This document shows, one piece after another, positions 59,795-64,000 of a stretch of 64,000 nucleotides of DNA. The position numbers and the translations under genes were made by a program. The notes below the pieces were generated by a model that ran no database searches, was not told the DNA's origin, and saw only the letters and a program-made list of their open reading frames with translations. The stretch comes from Bdellovibrionota bacterium (GTDB taxonomy: Bacteria; Bdellovibrionota; UBA1018; CAIPTA01; JAALKR01). The first letter of the stretch is position 1. Each line of letters begins with the position of its first letter. The DNA lies in assembly GCA_965207455.1 (NCBI GenBank), contig CBDBMJ010000003.1, forward strand, positions 416,001-480,000. The letters run 5' to 3'.

Positions 59795-61774
59795 CTAGTT
59801 CTCCTCCTTTGGAAAAGCCTCATACTTGGTGAGCTTATTCCTGCAGCGGCGTTTATAGTTGTCTCCCTCTGGTGCCACCTTTAAGCATAATTCAAATTTC
59901 TGGCGTGCCTCATCCAGAGAACTAATACTCTCTGCTAGCACAGCTTGTGCATAGATCTGCTTTGCCCTAAGGTGGAGGGCCGATCGTATAGAGCCCAAGC
60001 CGCTTAAAGCACGTTGATTGCTGGACTCCAGTTTAAGCACTTTCCGGTACAGTTCACCACTTTTTACCATGCTCTCAGATCTAACTTTTAGTTTATCCGC
60101 TTCCTCCAATAGGGGATTTATCAAGGCATCGAGCTTGTCTCTAGCTTCTTTCTTTTTCTCCGTCACACGCTCCATATATCGATTTTCCGAGTATTGGAAT
60201 CTGGATAATGTGTTTGCAAAAGCCATGGCTTTAATAAATTCTTCTTTTTGAACAAGCTCTTCTAATACCTTGAATTCGCCTTCCGCTTCTTCCTCCAGTT
60301 TCTTTCTCTGTATCTCTAAAATTTTTGCTTTCCGTTCTTCCAATATCTTTTCTTGTATTTTTTCCTGCCACACTTGGACGGTTTGATTGTTAGGGTCTTT
60401 TACAAAGACTGCTTCTATACCTCTTTCCAATTCTGATCGAAGACTGGGGTCTTTCAAGGCTCTTTGAAATAATTTCTCCAATTTTTTCACCGTTTTTTCC
60501 ACTTCTTTTTGAATCCTAATTTTAATTCTCTCTCTTCGACGCTGGTCTAATTCTTCCTCTCGTCGCTCAATTCCAAGTCTGGCCTCCTCCTGATAAATTC
60601 TAGCGTCTTTAAAGGTGCTAATCAGGCGAAAAATCTTAGATAAATTATCCTGCATTTTTTCATAATTACTTTTTTCACGCGCTAAGATAATTCTCTTATA
60701 GGCATTGAGTACTATTTTTTTATTTTCTTTGTTAAGCGTTTCGTATGTTCGAATAATTTTCCCTGATTTATCTTTGTATACTTTCACTGTCTTTTTTTGT
60801 TTCTCGTTTACCTCCTCATCATTATTGAATAGAAAGATACTCAATAAAGCGGCAATAAAAATAATTAGCAAGCGTTTATTTTTAGGAAGTCCCTTGAACT
60901 GTTGCCAACGTCTTTTTAAAAGGCTTTTCTCTTGTATTCCTGCCGGGAGATTTCCTTCTTGGCTTACACCGGGAACAACTGGTCTATCCCAAGCTTGAAG
61001 GTCGCCCCTTTGTTGTGAAATCAATTCGGAAGGAGATTGAGGTCTCGAAACAGCAGCTTCTTCTGGAACAGGTGAAAACCCGCCTTCTTTTTCAAAAAAT
61101 TCCTTGCTTTCTCCTGTGAATTCTATTTTTATATCTCCAACTTGAATAATGTCTCCAGTTACAAGCTCTTTTTTTGTTATAGGATTATCATTCACAAATG
61201 TTTTATTAGCACTGTCCAAGTCTTTTATATAGAAATGGATTCCTTCACGCCAAACCTCAAAATGTTTGCGAGATGCTTTTTTCTCATTGATGATGATGTT
61301 GCATGTGCTGGCTCGCCCAATTAAGATTTTCTCCTCATTTACTTCGTATCTTTCCCTATTGGCAACGCCTGCCTCGAAACGCAAGCATCCCACAATAGGA
61401 ACGGCCATGACTTTTGTTTCTGAGTCTTCTTCATTAGACTCAGATTCGGCGGGAGATTCTGGAGAATCTTCCATGTTCTTTTCGTCGATAATATTTATCC
61501 GTAAAGAATAGGCACCAACAACGATTTCTTCTCCTCCATGCAATATGGCGTTTTCCACTTCAGTGCCATTTACAGCAAGGGAACCCGAGGTGCTCTCCTT
61601 TTCTATTTTCCATCCTTCTTCCAATAATCGCAGGGTGGCATGGAGGCGGCTGATAGATACATCGGGTAGACGAATAATGCAACCAGGAGCACGTCCTATA
61701 CTGATCTCTCTAGCTCCTTCTTCTTCTATCTCAGAGACTTGAGCGCCATCCATGAATATGGATATGGTAAGCAT
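59795..61774 (-). CDS. Double-FHA, single-TM protein with periplasmic coiled-coil/TPR-like region
   Basis: IGRA..C.I.L....ISR.HA and IGRA..C.I......SRKH...DL.S.N.T.VN FHA motifs; TM LLIIFIAALLSIFLF. Confidence 0.85.
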   Translation of the reverse strand: MLTISIFMDGAQVSEIEEEGAREISIGRAPGCIIRLPDVSISRLHATLRLLEEGWKIEKESTSGSLAVNGTEVENAILHGGEEIVVGAYSLRINIIDEKNMEDSPESPAESESNEEDSETKVMAVPIVGCLRFEAGVANRERYEVNEEKILIGRASTCNIIINEKKASRKHFEVWREGIHFYIKDLDSANKTFVNDNPITKKELVTGDIIQVGDIKIEFTGESKEFFEKEGGFSPVPEEAAVSRPQSPSELISQQRGDLQAWDRPVVPGVSQEGNLPAGIQEKSLLKRRWQQFKGLPKNKRLLIIFIAALLSIFLFNNDEEVNEKQKKTVKVYKDKSGKIIRTYETLNKENKKIVLNAYKRIILAREKSNYEKMQDNLSKIFRLISTFKDARIYQEEARLGIERREEELDQRRRERIKIRIQKEVEKTVKKLEKLFQRALKDPSLRSELERGIEAVFVKDPNNQTVQVWQEKIQEKILEERKAKILEIQRKKLEEEAEGEFKVLEELVQKEEFIKAMAFANTLSRFQYSENRYMERVTEKKKEARDKLDALINPLLEEADKLKVRSESMVKSGELYRKVLKLESSNQRALSGLGSIRSALHLRAKQIYAQAVLAESISSLDEARQKFELCLKVAPEGDNYKRRCRNKLTKYEAFPKEEN

Positions 61775-61775
61775 C

Positions 61776-62759
61776 CTATGGGCTCTCCTGATTTTCTTGT
61801 TTGTCTATTATTCTTAATGCTTCCTTTGAATCTATGTATAGTTTATTCTCAGGATCTTTTTTTAATAAACCCATCACACGCATGTAATGCATCTTTGCTT
61901 CATTGGTGCGCAAAGAGCGTCGCGCCCGGATCGCAGCTTGATAGGAGATTTCTATTTCTTTCTCTAAACGAACGTTGGCTAAGGAAAGGTAGGTTTGGGC
62001 TATTCTATGATTTTGATCTATGGTAACTGCTGTTTTGAAAGCAGAAATAGCGCGACGGAAGTTCCTGTTCTCTAGCTCTCTCCTGCCTTGACGATAAAAT
62101 TTTTCAGCTGATTTATATGTGGGGCTGTTCGTATCCGAAACACCGAGAACATCTTTTATGGCCTCCAGCCCTTCTTGCTTAGAAATTTTCTTTTTTGGTT
62201 TCTCCTCATCCACAAAGCTTACTTTTCCTCTCTCTCGCAATGTTAATATCTTTTCTCCAGAAGAAAAAGCAATAACAAGGAGAATGATTACGCCCAAGAA
62301 AACAACATTTTTCTTTTTCTTTAGTTCTTTTTCTTCCGTCTCTTCTGCTCTCGTGGAGGAAGAGACCTTGGATGGAGAAACAATGCCAGCCACCTGAGAT
62401 TGACTGCCGGGAGCAATAACTTCCATGGTAGTCCCTCCTATGGTCATAATATCTCCTGGTTCGAGTTTAGCAGATTCCACCAATCTTTGATTTACCGAGA
62501 GGCCATTAATGCTATCCATATCTTTTGCGATATATGTGTTTTCCGCCCAAGATAGTTCCACGTGTTGTCGTGATATTTGAGTATCAATTAAAATGATGGA
62601 GCAAGAATCATCTCGACCAATTAGGATATTATCGCTTAATAGACAAAATCCCTCACCAAGATTCTCCCCTTGCACAATCTTTAAGCGCAGGCGCTCTCCA
62701 AATTGAAATCTGCTGGGCATTTTTCCTTTGAAGTGCAATATGGAAGGACTACGAGCCAT
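61776..62759 (-). CDS. FHA-TM-TPR protein
   Basis: IGRD..C.I.L.D..ISRQH...D..S.NG..VN; TM; Y.QG.REL...NF.RA...F..A...D..H..A TPR-like; start uncertain (62720-62789). Confidence 0.85.
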   Translation of the reverse strand: MARSPSILHFKGKMPSRFQFGERLRLKIVQGENLGEGFCLLSDNILIGRDDSCSIILIDTQISRQHVELSWAENTYIAKDMDSINGLSVNQRLVESAKLEPGDIMTIGGTTMEVIAPGSQSQVAGIVSPSKVSSSTRAEETEEKELKKKKNVVFLGVIILLVIAFSSGEKILTLRERGKVSFVDEEKPKKKISKQEGLEAIKDVLGVSDTNSPTYKSAEKFYRQGRRELENRNFRRAISAFKTAVTIDQNHRIAQTYLSLANVRLEKEIEISYQAAIRARRSLRTNEAKMHYMRVMGLLKKDPENKLYIDSKEALRIIDKQENQESP

Positions 62760-64000
62760 ACTCGCCTTCTCCACCAGCCGGGTTAGCAATAAACAAGTAA
62801 GCTTCTATTTTTTCTGGAAGAGAATGAATGGCTAAACATTGTACTCGATGCAGTCCAGAACCAAATTCATAATCCTCCTGAACGTCATCCATACTGCCAG
62901 CGGCACCTTTTTCCATCATATCCACAAATAGAGACATAAGCGCATCATCGCTGATTAAATTTTGAACCGGCAGGGGATTATCTGGATCCCCATGAATGCC
63001 AGAAATATCTTCAAAACTATGACTGACAGCAATTACCTCAGAATTGGAATTTAGTAAAAGCATAGATTGCAGAGAATTGGTAACTAAAAATTGCAAGGGA
63101 GCCATAAAACTCTCCACAATTTGCTGTTCATTATCCGTTGTTGCAACTTCTTCTGGAGAATCTTGGGGGCGCAGATCGGGGATACGGCTAAGAACGCCAT
63201 TGATAGACTCAATTAAACTATCCAGTACTTCAAATTTATACCGTCTGGGAACGACGGCTTCGTTGCCTTTAAGAACCTCATCAATATCGTCACCTAGCCT
63301 GCCGATCATGTTGGTGGTAAGCATACTCATGATATAAATAAAAACCACACCCAGAAGAAGTGAGATCATAAAAGTCTCTAGATAGATGACGCTGATAGTA
63401 CCAACATCTAGAGCGATTCTATTCAGTGAAAAATCCAAAACAGCTAATGCTTTGGGCACATTTATATCTCGCTTGAGAGAACGCACCATTATAGGCACGG
63501 TAACAAGAACCCTTTCTCCATCTTCCGAACGAACCCTATTAAGACTCCAATACTTCTGGTCTCCTGTTTTCATACGCTTTAACATTTTCACCACAAATGC
63601 TTGGGTTACTTCTTCATTTAATTTAAGGGCAGGAGCTTGGATTCGTCCATTAAGATCCGTGATGAAAGCATCCCTTACGGCACGGTCTTTATAGGCAAAA
63701 TCCACGTCTAAACGTTCTCGTTTTCCTTTCGCAATATGTATTTGATTACTCTCGGCCATTTGTCGAGCTATGTAAAATGCTCGTCTCTCCGCTTCGCGAG
63801 TTACGGATTCTTTAGCTGATTCTAGAAGAGGGTAAACGGACATTCCCAAGTGCAGGATAGTGTAGGTAAGAAATAAGCCAGAAAAAATAAAAACCCAGGT
63901 ATGGCGACTATGGAGATCGTAGAAAACAGGCAGCACCAATTCATTGAAACGATAAAATAATTTTTTTACAAAACTCTTTTCTGTCTGGGATTTTAGTACA
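62749..64000 (-). CDS. Two-TM membrane protein with periplasmic and PAS-like domains; N-terminus lies beyond window end
   Basis: Frame stays open from 63939 to 63999 (VLKSQTEKSFVKKLFYRFNEL...); two TM segments; overlaps the downstream FHA gene. Confidence 0.75.
   Translation of the reverse strand, partial: VLKSQTEKSFVKKLFYRFNELVLPVFYDLHSRHTWVFIFSGLFLTYTILHLGMSVYPLLESAKESVTREAERRAFYIARQMAESNQIHIAKGKRERLDVDFAYKDRAVRDAFITDLNGRIQAPALKLNEEVTQAFVVKMLKRMKTGDQKYWSLNRVRSEDGERVLVTVPIMVRSLKRDINVPKALAVLDFSLNRIALDVGTISVIYLETFMISLLLGVVFIYIMSMLTTNMIGRLGDDIDEVLKGNEAVVPRRYKFEVLDSLIESINGVLSRIPDLRPQDSPEEVATTDNEQQIVESFMAPLQFLVTNSLQSMLLLNSNSEVIAVSHSFEDISGIHGDPDNPLPVQNLISDDALMSLFVDMMEKGAAGSMDDVQEDYEFGSGLHRVQCLAIHSLPEKIEAYLFIANPAGGEGEYGS

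Noticed and set aside
1..64000. tRNA/rRNA genes, transposases, integrases, prophage genes, and the many short nested antisense ORFs in the track
   Set aside because: No RNA-gene or mobile-element signatures recognised; nested ORFs are shadows of well-supported genes.

Overview
An AT-rich bacterial chromosomal segment. Gene content and order (Tad/Flp cluster ending in tadB plus an RHS/YD gene and a small secreted gene, FHA-TM proteins, a Bd1075/Csd6-type L,D-peptidase, REC-CheX, many secreted hydrolases) point by inference to a predatory Bdellovibrionota-like organism. The housekeeping backbone is ligA (partial), radA, glpK, recO, gmhB, galE, lemA/TPM/TPM, msbA-like, mnmA, amidase, glpD, holB, tmk, FNR, lon and two CNNM/CBS genes. 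Accessory blocks are interspersed. Main highlights: (1) a ~15 kb minus-strand Tad/Kil-like pilus locus with hit-locus-like order (FHA genes, an unannotated 59-aa Flp pilin behind a sigma28-type promoter, pseudopilins, cpaA, cpaB, secretin, a CpaE-CpaF fusion, tadB, a toxin-less RHS gene, two tiny Cys-containing secreted proteins); (2) a candidate sigma54 regulon read directly from the DNA: five -24/-12 promoters, four preceded by a shared 17-bp TGWCTA-N5-TAGACA-like box, plus a divergent pair of sensor-less sigma54 activators and an unannotated 32-aa ORF; (3) a tandem triplication of a secreted alpha/beta-hydrolase (intact, decayed, and one-base-frameshifted at a poly-A tract); (4) a coupled 1072-aa unknown secreted protein plus 1100-aa subtilase pair. 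No rRNA, tRNA, CRISPR array or transposase was recognised. All calls come from reading motifs by eye; no database searches were run.
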